From Octopus vulgaris (Eukaryota), in assembly GCA_951406725.2 (NCBI GenBank), contig OX597815.1, forward strand, positions 34,224,001-34,288,000: 64,000 nt of DNA, written 5' to 3'. How positions within the stretch are numbered: position 1 is the first letter of the stretch; each line of letters begins with the position of its first letter. Position numbers and translations under genes: made by a program. Positions 27,527 to 41,312 of this stretch are shown in pieces. The notes under the pieces are model-generated. The model saw only the letters and a list, made by a program, of their open reading frames with translations, had not been told where the DNA came from and did no database searches.

Positions 27527-27993
27527 TGATAATATAAATAATATATAAATATATGCATATATACATACATATATGTACATACCTACATATATATGTATAT
27601 ATACATGCGTATATGGGTACAGGAGAGCAAAAAAATGTTGAACACAATGAAAAACGAAAACATAAAATCGAAAACATAGAAACGAACTTTTTTTCAAACA
27701 ACGAAAAGGACTGAGAAACGAGACATGCAACACAAAGAATATTCCCCTTGTTCAGTTGTCCCTGTTTCATCTACTCCGCGTTCCCAAGGTAAGGACAAGA
27801 CGCGACTTCTTGAAACACTCCTTCCCGCAAAGCAAATTAAATAAAATTTGGGAATTTTTGCGGAGGGTGAAAGTGGCAACAAGAAAAGGACAGTAAAAAC
27901 AATAAAAAAGTAAAAACAGTAAAAGACAGAACAATGAAAACAAAGCAGTAAAAACAGACGATGAGGGTTGTTAAGTCAAGACGATGGAAAAAA
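27527..27993 (-). mobile_element. Penelope-like repeat family P, long copy between (TATG)n tracts
   Basis: Homologous to 6381-6620 (+), 46600-46810 (-) and 63888-64000 (+). Confidence 0.65.
27743..27807 (-). ncRNA. Candidate non-circularly permuted hammerhead ribozyme (degenerate copy)
   Basis: TCGCG-TC-TTGTCCTT / ACCTT-GGGAA-CGCGG / AGGGACAA-CTGAACA-AGGGG; 8-bp stem I and 6-bp stem III; paralog at 6381 has intact CTGATGA. Confidence 0.45.
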
Positions 27994-28163
27994 TGTATGT
28001 ATGTATGTATGTATGTATGTATGTATGTATGTATGTATGCATGTATGCATGTATGTATGTATGTATGTATGTATGTATGTATGTATGTATGTATGTATGC
28101 ATGCATAAATGTATGTATGTATGTATGTATGCAATCATGCATGTATGCATGCATGCATGCATG

Positions 28164-28238
<75 letters not shown>

Positions 28239-29894
28239 TTATGTATATATGTAAGTAACTTGTATGTCTGTATATATGTATGTATTTGTGTAAGGATAGA
28301 TGTTTGTATGTATGATATCTAATGTTTTTTACCCTTCGAGAATTCAAGTTAGTCACTAACAGTATGTCAATGCACTTTTATTTAACGCAAGGTAGCTCTC
28401 GGTGTTTATGGGTATATGAATATGTTTGTGTGTGCATGCGTGTGTGTTTGAGTATGTGTATATGTGCTTGCGTGTGTCTGTGTGTGCGTGTGTGTTTACA
28501 AATTTGTACTCGTGCAGTGAAAGAGAATGTTACTTTAGTAGTGTGTGTGTGCTTGTGTTTCGTTAATATTATGTGTGTATGTGTGTGTTTGTGATTTGAT
28601 ATCTCCAGTATGATTGTGTGCATGTGATCATCCAAGACACCTCAAATGAAGAATCCCTGGAACGCTTTACAAGCGTTTACTGCGTTACAATTCGGGCGAA
28701 TTCGAATTAGCTTGGTTCATCTTTCTTGGTCAAGCTCAGCATTTCTAGGATTTTCTATAAAAAAATATTCTTACATATATCTCAGTGAGCTTGTATATAT
28801 GTATGCTTTTAATCATTTAAATTCTTACTCTGAGAAAGGAACTTGTTTATAACAAAGATAGAATCTTCCATCTTTGGAATGTAGACAACAAAAACAGTGT
28901 CACGTTTCAAACTTGAGAAAACTTTTGCATATTTTTATTGTTCCACTTATAGATTGCATTTATCAGCGCAAGTTCATTGGTTGATTTATTTTCCGAAAAC
29001 CCTAGCCTATCCAAATTGGCATTTCCTGAAAAAATCAAGTGCTCCAATTATTATTGGTATAAATGAGAATTTATAATCGAGATATAGAAACTGAGGTTTT
29101 GGAAGCAGTTCTCCATAGTTATCCTCTTTCTCTTTTCAAAAAGCTCTTGACAACACTGTATGTATGTATGTATGTATGTATGTATGTATGTATGTATGTA
29201 TGTATGTATGTATGTATGTATGTATGTATGTATGTATGTATGTATGTATGTATGTATGTATGTATGTATGTATGTATGTATGTATGTATGTATGTATGTA
29301 TGTATGTATGTATGTATGTATGTATGTATGCAGGTATGTATGTATTGATATGTATATGTATGCATGTATGTCATTGTTTAGTTTTATTTCAAGATTTTTT
29401 GCCAATGGAGAAAGAGTATGTACGTACGTATGTATGTATGTATGTATGTATGTATGTATGTATGTATGTATGTATGTATGTATGTATGTATGTATGTATG
29501 CATGTATGTATGTGTGTACGTACGTACGTACGTACGTACGTATGCATGCATGTATGTATGCATGTATGTATGTATGCATGTATGTATGTATGTATGTATG
29601 TATGTATTAATATATGTATGTGTGTGTGTGTATTATCATTTTATTATTATTTGAATTATTCCTAAAAACAAGGAGTTGGAAGGGGTCGATTTTTAACAAA
29701 GAAACAATGCTCCATCACTGAAAATCGAATAACACAAACGCTATGACACGCATTGAAAAAGTTCATAGAAAAGTTTTCAAGTTATTCTGTTCCATTAAGA
29801 AATAGTATTTTCAAAGAGTGCATTAGCTTGGTTGTTTTGGCTGACCAAGTCAGCCTTTTGAGATTGCAACTTAGTCACTTATTAACGTAGTCGC

Positions 29895-30028
29895 ACACAT
29901 GGCCGAGTGTTTAAGAAGTTCGTTTTGCAACCTCATGGTTTTGGTTTCAGTTCCACTGAGTGTTACATTTGGCAAGTGTCTTTTACTGTACCTGGGCCAA
30001 CCGATTCTTTGTGAATGATTTTGATAGA

Positions 30029-30030
<2 letters not shown>
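29895..30030 (+). mobile_element. Decayed SINE A-related 5' part
   Basis: tRNA-like head and GGCAAGTGTCTT core. Confidence 0.6.
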
Positions 30031-30078
<48 letters not shown>

Positions 30079-30324
30079 TATGTAGACGTTATGAACGCAA
30101 GAACGTTGTATGCATTGTGAGGATATGGTTACGTGTATTTTTTTTAATAACTTTTTCCTACCTATTAAAGTAAATTCCCTTTTATTCAACGTTCTTTTAA
30201 GCGTCTATTGTCATAACAGCCGATGATAATGTATCATAGCTTTTAGAAATTGTGAGTCCTATCGTGACAACTTACTGATTGTCCTAAAGAGAAGCGAACG
30301 AAGTTGACTCCCAACATAAAATCG

Positions 30325-31465
30325 CGGATATAACCTTCACTGCCTCTGACATCATAGCAGCAATAAATGAGGTCAAATACTATTCTGCTGTAGGCCCTGA
30401 TAGATTCCCCGCTAGTCTCCTGAAAGAATGTAGACACCAATTTCCAGTCCCTCTGACCAACCTCTGGAGAAATTCTTTAGACTCAGGTTATATACCGAAA
30501 CAGCTCCTATCCCAGTCTGTCACCCCGGTTTTCAAACAGGGAAACAGATCCTTCGCAGTCAACTATCGCCCAATCTCACTCACCTCCCACATCATTAAAG
30601 TGTTTGAAAGAAGTCAAGGATAGCTGATTTCTTGGAGACCCAAACTCCCAAATGCAAATCAACATGGCTTTCGCTGTGGTAGGGACTGTCTAACACAACT
30701 CTTACACCACATTTAAGATATACTTAAAGCCTTGAGAACAGGTTCGAACTCTGATGTCATATATATTGATTTCAGTAAAGCGTTCGACAGGGTTGACCAT
30801 AATGTCCTACTCTCAAAATTGGCAAATGTTGGAATCCGTGGAAAATTTCTACACTGGATTAAGTATTTCCTGGCGAATAGAACACAAGAAGCTGTGGTCG
30901 ATGGAGTCCACTCAAGCCCAGCAAAAGTCACCAGCGGTGTCCCTCAGGGGACTGTCTTGGTCCTGCTCTTCTTTATAATTTACATAAATGACCTTTCCAG
31001 CGCTGTAAATCACTGCAAAGTGAAAATATTTGCTGATGACACCAAGCTCCAGCAAGTCATCAATGAAAAAGAAGACCGAACTCAACTCCAGTCTGATTTA
31101 TATGCTGTGAGTCAATGGGCAGACAAAACAAAATGCAACTGAACGAGGGAAAATTTGAGCTGATGCATTTGGAAGAAAGTCTATACTAAAACAGCCATAC
31201 CCTCTTCCTTCAGGGGAACCGCTCACAGCATCTAACAATATCAGAGACCTGGGTGTAATTGTAGATAACAATTTCAGTTGGAGTGCCCAAATCAACAATA
31301 AGGTCGATATAGCTCCTAGGATGATCTCCTGGATCTTAAGAACCTTCCGGTCCAGAGAACAAGGTGTCATCATTCCACTTTTCTCCTCTTTTGTACGGCC
31401 ACAGCTCGAATACTGCTGCCCCTTGTAGTCTCCCCATACAAAACAAATCATCTCGAGGATTGAAG
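30325..31465 (+). mobile_element. CR1-clade LINE reverse transcriptase fragment (disrupted ORF2)
   Basis: Motifs GPD..NYRPISLTS, NQHGFR, DVIYIDFSKAFDRVDH, SGVPQGTVL, FADDTKL, RPQLEYC, with stops and frameshifts. Confidence 0.92.
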
Positions 31466-31619
31466 TCGGCATGATTCGACAAGGTAACTTTTACCTTTAC
31501 CTTCACCATTTCTTTTCTCACCAATTTTGTTGATCCCATCATCCTCTTACTTATCCTGATACATGGCCCCATTGAGTTATTTTCTATTATCTCCATTTCG
31601 TTACATATACCTATATTGC

Positions 31620-31990
31620 TTTGTCTAGAGGAAGAGGCAAGTACCTACGGCCTTCGCGGGAACTCCGAGATCCATGAAACTGATTCCATTAATATTCCTC
31701 TTCACCCATTGCAGGTCAACAGCTGCAGGAAGGACGTAAGTCAGAGCTAAGGTTCTGTTTCTGGAAAGGACTGGACATAGCGGTCAGTGGGAGGGATACT
31801 AGGTGGACGAGTGGGAGTGGACACAACATGTGCAATGAGAAGAGGGAGACGAGCGGGAGTAGAGTACCTGAGTGAAGGTATCGGGAGCCCGATTAATTGC
31901 AAATATGAGAGTCCCTTATTGTAATGGTAGCAAAGGCAAATAATTATGGACAAGTAATGGTAGAGGTTAAACATTTTTGGAACAGAGGAT
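31620..31990 (-). mobile_element. Decayed LINE 3' ORF2 fragment
   Basis: Similar to 13300-13560 (GTGGACACAACATG..TGAGA.GAG.GGAGACG). Confidence 0.5.
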
Positions 31991-32179
31991 TGTACATGTC
32001 AGTGACCTCAGTACTTACTTTTCAAAGTCTGGTGCTCACCTAGTCGAGGTCTTTTCCGAAACTACTCAGTTACAGGGATGTAAACAAACTCACACACAAT
32101 CAAACAGATGGCCCTACCTGTCTAACTGATACACTCACACACAAACATACACACGCAGACACACACATGTATATATACG

Positions 32180-32337
32180 CAGACGTGGCAGTATGGTAAC
32201 AAGTTTGCTTCTAGCTTCATGGTTCCGGGTTCAGTCTCACTGTGTGCTACATTGAGCATGTGTTTCTACTATAGCATGGGATGACTATCCTTGCGAAAGG
32301 ATTTGGTAGACGGAAACTGAAAGAAATCTAATAAGTA

Positions 32338-32396
<59 letters not shown>

Positions 32397-32510
32397 CGGT
32401 TTGTTTCGGCATAACTGAGCGGTTTCGGAAAAGAGCTCGACAAAGTGAGCACCTTCGGCTAAGACCCAGGTTGGTCGCAGTCATGTAACTGAAACAACCA
32501 AAAGTTAAGA
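32180..32510 (+). mobile_element. SINE family A, diverged and internally deleted
   Basis: Head, GGATTTGGTAGACGGAAACTGAAAGAA core and tail remnant. Confidence 0.7.
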
Positions 32511-32560
32511 GGTAAAGATACACACACATGCGTACACATGTACATGCATACATTCATACG

Positions 32561-32594
<34 letters not shown>

Positions 32595-32702
32595 GTAAAT
32601 ACAATAGATTTGTGTGTGTGTATATATATATATGTGTCTGTGTGTAGATATATATATATATATATATACATACAGAGAGAGAGAGAGAGAGAGAGATACG
32701 TT

Positions 32703-32733
<31 letters not shown>

Positions 32734-32736
<3 letters not shown>

Positions 32737-33143
32737 CTGTGTGGTAAGAAGCTTACTTCCCAAACACATGGTCCCGGGTTCAGCCTCCTGCAAGGCACCT
32801 TGGGCAAGTGTCTTCTACTATAGCCTCGGGCCGACCAATGCCTTGTGAGTGGATTTGGTTGACAGAAACTGAAAGAAGCCCGTCGTATATATATCTATAT
32901 GTGTGTGTGTGTGTCTGTGTGTGTGTGTGCATGTTTACGTGTGTGTGTGTTTGTTTTTGTGTATGTGTCCTCTCAACCATCGCTTGACAACCGATGCTGG
33001 TGTGTTTACGTCGTCCCCGTAAATTAGCAAAAGAGAGATAGAGTAAGTACTCCGCTTACAAAAGTCCTGGGGGGGTGGGGGCGATTTGTTCGACTAAAGT
33101 CGGTGCTCCAGCATGGCCGTAGTCAAATGACTGAAGTAAAAGA
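32734..33143 (+). mobile_element. SINE family A, near full length
   Basis: Matches other copies. Confidence 0.88.
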
Positions 33144-33322
33144 ATATGATATATAGTATCATGTTGTACGCTTGGTTACGTATGTTTGCACACGTGAACA
33201 GCTCTCCCCCAACTTTAATTCTCGTAGAAGTTCGTGTGTTTGTGTGTGCGCGCGTGTGTGGTTTTGTTTGTGTGTGTGTGTGTGTGCGTGCGCGCGCGCG
33301 CTTTTGTATATGCGTCCGTACT

Positions 33323-33353
<31 letters not shown>

Positions 33354-33826
33354 ATTTACCCTGAGTATTTACTCATGCCTCGTGCTTGGCATCAGTTATA
33401 CTTTCGTGTATCGAAGTGATGACGTTTTCTGTTAATGTTTGATGAGAAAGTTGTGTTTTCCAGTGCATGCATACACGTGTGTATGTATGTGTGTATAACC
33501 ATCAAAGGATGCGTTTGTCGTTTTCTTTAGAACCTGTATGTCTGTAAATTTGTGGGGAAAGTGTGTATGTGCTTGTGTGTGAGTGTGTGTGTGTGTGTGT
33601 GCGCGTGTGTGTGTCTGCATGTGTGTGTTAGTGTTTCCGCGCACGTGCGTGCGCATGTATGAATATGCTCATAATATTCTCACAAAGGTGTGCACTTTAT
33701 ACATCAATGAACATAGACACGCATGCTCACCAGTATCACGGTACAAACGTATACGGATCCACGCAGGTTCATATATATATATATATATACACACACATAC
33801 ACACGTATTATACGAATGCACGCAGG

Positions 33827-33931
<105 letters not shown>

Positions 33932-34332
33932 TCATACACATACACGCGTATTAATAGACACATTAACGTATGCGTATACACACGTTGCATACATTCTTAG
34001 AAACTAATGCTCGTGATCTAACATTAATGTACACGCACACACGTGCGCGCGCGCACAAATACCTAACTTATACATACGGTACGTATGCATAAATATATAT
34101 ACATGCAAAAATATACTCGCACACATATATACGCATTAGTAAACAAACCCGCAAAGAGTAAATCACATGACAATACACGCATGACGTGTGTCGACACATA
34201 GATAAAGAATTATAACTTTGAATGAATACATATATACACACACCCGAAAACGCATAACTTCAATAACGACTCATAAAATCACGCATGTATACGCATACAT
34301 ACATACATACATACATACATACATACATACAG

Positions 34333-34366
<34 letters not shown>

Positions 34367-34749
34367 TTACACGCACACACACACACATACACACATAGTT
34401 GATAATAGTAAACACTGAGTATGATGTGTGTTTATATGGGTGTGTTTTGAGCTTATACGCAAATAACATACACGTATAACCTCACTATATATACACACAT
34501 TTCTATGTGTTTTACATACATGACTGGATGGCATTCACTTAGACGTAGATATACAAACCGAAGACAATATGATATGTAATGTGTTCTTATCATACACACC
34601 TAGCACGCACTCATAAAGCGTGTACGTGCACACACGTGTATGCATGTTATATATTATATGTATATATGTGTGTGTGATTATATGCATTAACTTATATATG
34701 TATGTGTGCATACAAACACATATACGTACATATATGTATGTATATATAT

Positions 34750-34940
34750 ATTTCTTTATTGCCCAGAGGGCCAAACAAAGGGGGTACATCGACCCAGGGC
34801 GTAACTGGTACTTATTTAATCGTCCCCGAAAGGATGAAAAGCAAAATCAACCTCGGCGGAATTTGAACTCAACGTAACGGCAGACAAAATACCTCTAAGC
34901 ATTTCGACCGGTGTGCTAACGATTCTGCCAGCTCGCTACC
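34750..34940 (-). mobile_element. SINE family B
   Basis: Reverse complement has GCGAGCTGGCAGAATCGTTAGCAC head and family B core. Confidence 0.8.
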
Positions 34941-34952
34941 CTTCAAAAAAAA

Positions 34953-35044
<92 letters not shown>

Positions 35045-35700
35045 TATACATGCATACACACAAACACACACATACATTATGTCAAAATTAAAATAATCTA
35101 ATAGATTATATTAATCACGACATTTAATCCCGAGTTGTGTCCTCCATCTGTAATTGGCTCCTGCCCATAACTAGTCTGGTTTATACACACACATACACAC
35201 AAGCCTATATACACACACACACACGTGTGTGTGTGTGTGTTTCTATGTGTATGAGACTGTGCTGCAGTGTGCATCATGTGATTTTTCTGCCTGAGTATCT
35301 GTCTATAAATGCTATGTATGTGTTTAGGTATGTGTGTATGTTAGTGTGTATGTATACTTTTGCGTGTCTCGATCTTCGTGTGGACTAAAAGCTTTGTGTA
35401 AGTTGTGCATTATTGTGATTGCATTTTAATATTTTCTGTAAGACTGTGCACTGTACATAAAAAGTACGCATAGATATATGAATACAAACATACATGCATA
35501 TATACATACATGCATACATACATACATACATACATACATACATACATACATACATACATACATACATACATGCATACATACATACATGCATACATACATA
35601 CATATATACATATATACATACGTACAGGTATCTATACGCGTGTATGTTTATATACGTTTATATATGTATATATGTATATTTGCTTGTGTATATATATATA

Positions 35701-35736
<36 letters not shown>

Positions 35737-35864
35737 CCTGTTTGTGCGTGTGTGTGCGTGTGTCTGCAGGTATGTATGTTTCTTTGTGTATGTATCTATA
35801 ACTGCAGGTGTCGCACGTACGTGTGATCATTTCTATGTCTGTGTGAATATGTGTATCTGTAAAC

Positions 35865-35946
<82 letters not shown>

Positions 35947-35992
35947 TGTGTGCATTTGCTTTTGTGATCATTAACTCTTACCCCGTAATTAC

Positions 35993-36043
<51 letters not shown>

Positions 36044-36575
36044 TTCGTTGGCCTGATTATGTGAAATGTGTTTTTTGAAAGTTTCGTAACACATCCCTAA
36101 GGATCCAACTTTAAATCACCTTTGAAAATAAAAGATGAATTGGATAATAAAATTTTAGATTACACACTGTCACGAAATAAGACGAGGTATCCAGATCTGG
36201 AGCGCCTATGATCATAGTTCCGTTCGTCCAAAGATGACAAACCATGATAACCATGTGAGTCTAAGTATGTGTATGTCTGTGTGTGCGTGCGTGTGAGTGC
36301 AGGTACGTATGTGTATGTGAGTTGTGTGCATGTATGTATGTGTGTATGTGTGTGTGTGTACGTGTGTGTATGTGTGTGTGTGAGTGTGTGTGTGTACTTT
36401 ATTCGTTTTATTCTGAACTGACCCTCTTGAGATCATGACAAAATTTCTCCATTTCAGATCATATACTTCCAATTTTTTTTATACCGACATTGTTTCGTAG
36501 ACTTAAGGTAATATTTTCGCAGTTAACCTACCTAAATGGGAGTAATTCATGGCATTAATATCCTCATTCTGCCCT

Positions 36576-36672
36576 TCATAGCACATTGAAAGATCTACCA
36601 TCAGATTTCATCCGCCTATCAAATGACGTAAACAGCAGGCGCCGAATTTCCTTTAATTTATAAGGAAAGAAC
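36576..36672 (-). CDS. Possible last coding exon of the minus-strand membrane-protein gene
   Basis: Acceptor CTTTTTCTTTTTAAG; only the phase-2 frame stays open: (R)FFPYKLKEIRRLLFTSFDRRMKSDGRSFNVL*; phase matches exon 48148-48198. Confidence 0.3.
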
Positions 36673-37231
36673 CTTAAAAAGAAAAAGCAGCATGTTGTTC
36701 CATATCTCTCACTTTCTTGGCAAGACAGGCCACTTTTAAGAATTATCTTAGCCGTTCCTATCCGACATTATATATTTAATAACCTTTACCTTACTTCCTG
36801 TCATTGGACATCTAAAGATATTATATCACATCTTGTAATTATATTTGTTTAACTGCCATGATAAATTTACTTAATTGCCATTTATTCAACGGACTTCTAA
36901 TTATGTCCATCAGTATACACTAGACGGGATAATGATGTTTGCGTGGTAAAAGGAAATTTTTCTAAAGAAAAGAAATAAACTAAACAACAAAAAAATAACG
37001 AAAACCAAATGTGATGTTGATGGAAGAGCAAGAACACCTGAACAATGTCATACACCATTACCTATTTTTCACTGGTGGTGCTCCAGCATAGGCACAGCTT
37101 TAGGCCTGAAATGCATAAAAGCAGAGACTAATAAAGCAAGTTAACAGTCTATAAACTCAGAAATGATTGTGTGGTTAAGATGGGTGTTTCGAGACCTTAT
37201 GGTTTGCGATCAAAATCACTGCTCGGTATAT

Positions 37232-37667
37232 TCTTTTCTACTCTAGGCACAAGGCCCGAAATTTTGGGGGAGTGGGGGGGGGCAGTCAATTAGATCGACT
37301 CCAGTGCCCAACCGGCACTTAATTTATCGACTCCGAAAGTATGAAAGCGAAGTCGACCTCGGCGGAATTTGAACTCAGAACGTAAAGACAGACGAAATAC
37401 CGCTAAGCATTTCGCTCGGCGTGCTAACGTTTCTTATTTCTTTATTGCCCACAAGGGGCTAAACATAGAGGGAACAAACAAGGACAGACAAAGGGATTAA
37501 GTCGATTACATTGATCCCAGTGCGTAACTGGTACTTAATTTATTGACCCCGAAAGGATGAAAGGCAAAGTCGACCTCGGCGGAATTTGAACTCAGAACGT
37601 AGCGGCAGACGAAATACTGATAAGCATTTCGCCCGGCGTGCTAACGATTCTGCCAGCTCGCCGCCTT
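37232..37667 (-). mobile_element. Dimeric SINE family B insertion with 14-bp TSD
   Basis: TSD ACTGCTCGGTATAT at 37218-37231 and 37668-37681; two tandem B units with different tails. Confidence 0.88.
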
Positions 37668-39969
37668 ACTGCTCGGTATATAAAGCTTGTAACTTTTAGT
37701 ATAGCATGATGATGTGGCGGTGAATGTCTTAAAATGTGAACGGATTAACAGATTTAGGGGCGTTATTGTTTCAGAGAAGACATGAGGGGCTAATAGGAAA
37801 ATCGACACCAACATAATCCATGTCACCCCTACCTTCATACGCGCACGCTCGCGTGTGTGCCTGTGTGTGTATAGTGGTATAAACTGGCGTGTCGAGGTTA
37901 ACTCTCTATATGTCAAAAACTTAACTTAGCTATTCGATTCGTATGGAACGATAAAATAAGTGTCAGGTTGAAATAAGTATTTGTAGTGATGCCCTACCAT
38001 GGCCTCAATGCAATGACTGTTATCAGAAAGGGGATAAACTAAATAAACTAACAGACTATAAATCACATTAATTTGTCCATTTACTCCCTTTTCCACATTT
38101 ATGTATTTTGATAAAGTACAAGGTTTCAGACATATAGTTAATCTTTTACCAAATAACATGCTTATCTTACCTCTGCTTCCTGAAACGGTAAGTGGATATG
38201 AAATAAATATTCTCTGGAAAGGATGACGCCAACTGAATTTTTATTAACACTACATACCAACAATTCACTCGTCACAATGCTACAGCTGTTCATAACCAGG
38301 TATTCTACCACATACCTTGCCTACCTGGTACTTGCTGAATTTAGCTAATGAGAGTTATATCCTAATCATACATAAATCAGTGCCGGGGACAAAGTAGAAT
38401 CTTTCAGAGGTAGGTCAGTATCCATTACCCCTCAAGCCGGCCAAAACTGTCTACCTGGTACCATATACATTTGGCCATTAGAGCTTTGAGATTCATAGAG
38501 AACACGAAGCAGGGAGGGGTGGAGTTAACATTTTTGTTTGAAGATTTAATGTTATAAGTGAAATAAAAAAGAGAGTCAAGACTATTGGTTGCAAGACGCA
38601 ACCAAAATTTTAGGAAAATAAAAATAAGAAATAAGTGGAAATTTTACCGGTGAGTGTGTTAAAGATTGTGTTAAAGGCACAAAAAGAAAATGACTCTCCC
38701 CAGACACAACAGAATATGCTTCAACATACGAACTCATATAAAGAATCTTGCAAGCCAAATCCAAAAACAAAAAGAGTGAGCAATAGGTAAAAGACCGGAT
38801 TATGAAATCGACTCATTGTTGGCTGTTCTCATAATTCAGGATTTTTTTAATGACTTGATTAATCTTTGAAGAAGTATGTGGAATCGATGCAATAGACTTC
38901 GGTGTACGTCCAGTTTAACACCATCGGTTGGACTTTGGGTCCCTTTAATTGACCCCCATTCTTTTTAAACCATTTCGAACGGTGGTTTCTCTTCCTCTTT
39001 TACACTCAATAGTCTTGGAGATTCATCAAACGGTTATGGGCAGTGCCTTTCCTCCTCTGACCAAATTCTAAAATTAACCTAAAAATAAGTATTTATAAAT
39101 GTTACCGAACGACGAAAATAGCTAAGTTAACTCTTGATATATTTGAACTCAACCGAAGGAACCGTTTCTTAATGTACAAAAACGTTTGGTCAATTACGTC
39201 CTCTGTTCCTGATACCACACGGTTCTCTTGTTTCCATAGTTACGGAAACGTAAACGGCACACATTTGTAGTACTTTATTTTTTTTAAAGCTGTAAGCTGA
39301 AGTATCGCAGTGAAACGAATAATAATAATAACAGACACAGGGCCGGAATAGGGACAACTGATGCTCTAAGTGCAACCAATCAATGGTGCCCCTCGACTTT
39401 TCGCTGTCTAACTGGCAAAACATTAAGACGTGCAGAACATAAAATAATACATTAAAAAATTGAGTTTTCTGTCTTTCTCCAGGTCTGATATCTGGGTTAC
39501 AACTATATTAAATATAATTGCTTTAAAAACATCATTAACGCTAAGAGCGACACATTAGAGAAAAAAAATAAACAACAACCTACCTTGCGGCATTTGTTCC
39601 GACTCTTTAAATTTTGCAATCAAATCCCACCGACTTCCTCTTTACTATTCATACTTCCGGAGTCGATAACATTAAAGAACCAGTCATGTAGTAGGGTCTG
39701 TGAAATCGACGAAGAATTCCACCTCAAAATTCTTCGACTTGTGCCTAAATTAGAAGCAGATGGCTTTACAGTGCTTGTTCTGAGAATTTACGCTCCGAGT
39801 TCAAAATAAGTGTTTCGTATCTTCGGGTTCGATAAAATAAAATAAGTCAATGTGGAATCGACTGACGCCATTTCCCTATATTTTAGGCTTTATACCTACG
39901 TTAGAAACAATTATTTAATTCAATTATAGCGCGAAAGTCATATATTAACCATTCAAAAACACAGACATT

Positions 39970-40413
39970 CTTCTTCTTCTTCTTCTTCTTCTTCTTCTTC
40001 TTCTTCTTCTTCTTCTTCTTCTTCTTCTTCTTCTTCTTCTTCTTCTTCTTCTTCTTCTTCTTCTTCTTCTTCTTCTTCTTCTTCTTCTTCTTCTTCTTCT
40101 TCTTCTTCTTCTTCCTTGTTTCCCCTTGTGGAGCATAGGGCCTCAACAGTTGTTTTCCACTTTTTGCGGTCATTGGCGTGTTTCTTGGCTGCTTCCTGTG
40201 TGTGGCCTTGGCGTGGCGGGGAGGCTTGCGTACTCTTATGATCCCTAGAGCATTCGCCAGTGGGGAACGTGTTCCCCCGGTAGATTTAACCTTGCTGGTT
40301 TGGTCGAAGACGAGGAGTCAGACTAAAGTATACATATTGGCCCTCCAAAGTCAGAGGTTACGCTATAGGCTAACACCTTATACACGTAAAAAAAACAACT
40401 GTCACAGAAACCA
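39970..40413 (-). mobile_element. RTE-type LINE: 3' end with (GAA)n tail plus inverted 5'-UTR-like segment, 9-bp TSD
   Basis: Minus strand AKKHANDRKKWKTTVEALCSTRGNK then (GAA)n; 40205-40413 on + resembles an RTE 5' UTR (CCTTGGCGTGGCGGGGAGGCTTGCG..GGCTAACACC..CGTAAAA); TSD ACAGACATT at 39961-39969 and 40414-40422. Confidence 0.7.
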
Positions 40414-40459
40414 ACAGACATTGTTAATTTTGTTTAAACAATCGTTATCTGCTGTCAGC

Positions 40460-40670
40460 AGAGCGGTCAGCTGGTGTAATCGCTACCGCATCGACCGAAA
40501 TATTACGCGGCTTTTCATCTGTCTTTCCGTTCTGAGTTCCGCCGAGGTTGACTTTACCTCTCATTATTTCATATCGATAAATAAATACCAGTTAATCAAT
40601 GAGGTAGATGCAATCGACTTAGCTCCTCCCCATATATTTTAGACTTTGCACTTATAGTAGAAAGGATTAT
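40460..40670 (+). mobile_element. SINE family B, diverged (further decayed pieces at ~39590-39910)
   Basis: CGTTCTGAGTTCCGCCGAGGTTGACTTTACC core; tail ..TTATAGTAGAAAGGATTA. Confidence 0.65.
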
Positions 40671-40896
40671 TTGATGAACGACGAAAAATTTGGCACCATA
40701 TAATAAAGTTAACAGTCTTTGTGTGTTTTCGAATGGCTAACATGTGTCTTCTGTGCGGTAATTGTTTTAATTTCGATACACATTTCAGATCAAACCACTT
40801 GCTAGACAAGTAAATCACTGAAATTGCTTAACAGATACGCAATATAAATAAATTATTGATTTAGAACTAGGCCAACAGGAAAAAAAAATGCGATTA

Positions 40897-41056
40897 GGCG
40901 TAGATGTGGCTGTGTGGTAAGAAGATTGCTTCCCAACCACGTTGTTTCGGGTTTAGTCCCATTGTGTGACGCCTTGGACAAGTATCTTTTACTATAGGCC
41001 AAAGCCGACCAAAGCCCTTGAGTGGATTTAATAGACGGAAACTGGAAGAAGCCCGC
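40897..41056 (+). mobile_element. SINE family A, 5' half
   Basis: Head to GAAGCCCG, followed by a microsatellite. Confidence 0.8.
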
Positions 41057-41312
41057 TATACATATATATATATATATATATGTATGTATACATATATATG
41101 AAAGAGGCTTTGGGTCAAAATTGTGTGCACATTTTGCTACGTCAGAGGTTGGCGGCCAGACCAGTGGTCGGATCGAGCTGAAAATTGACACAGGCATAGA
41201 AGGCGTGATGAGGCAGAGATTTGAGTAGGTTAAAACTCGCCATTTGGAAATATGCGGGTGCTAAGGTGAGAAGAGTGATTTTTTTAGCCCCTCCAGATTG
41301 GCGCGATTGGCA

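Noticed and set aside
40205-40413. HDV-like ribozyme in the RTE 5' UTR
   Set aside because: Could not assemble the P1-P4 nested pseudoknot by eye
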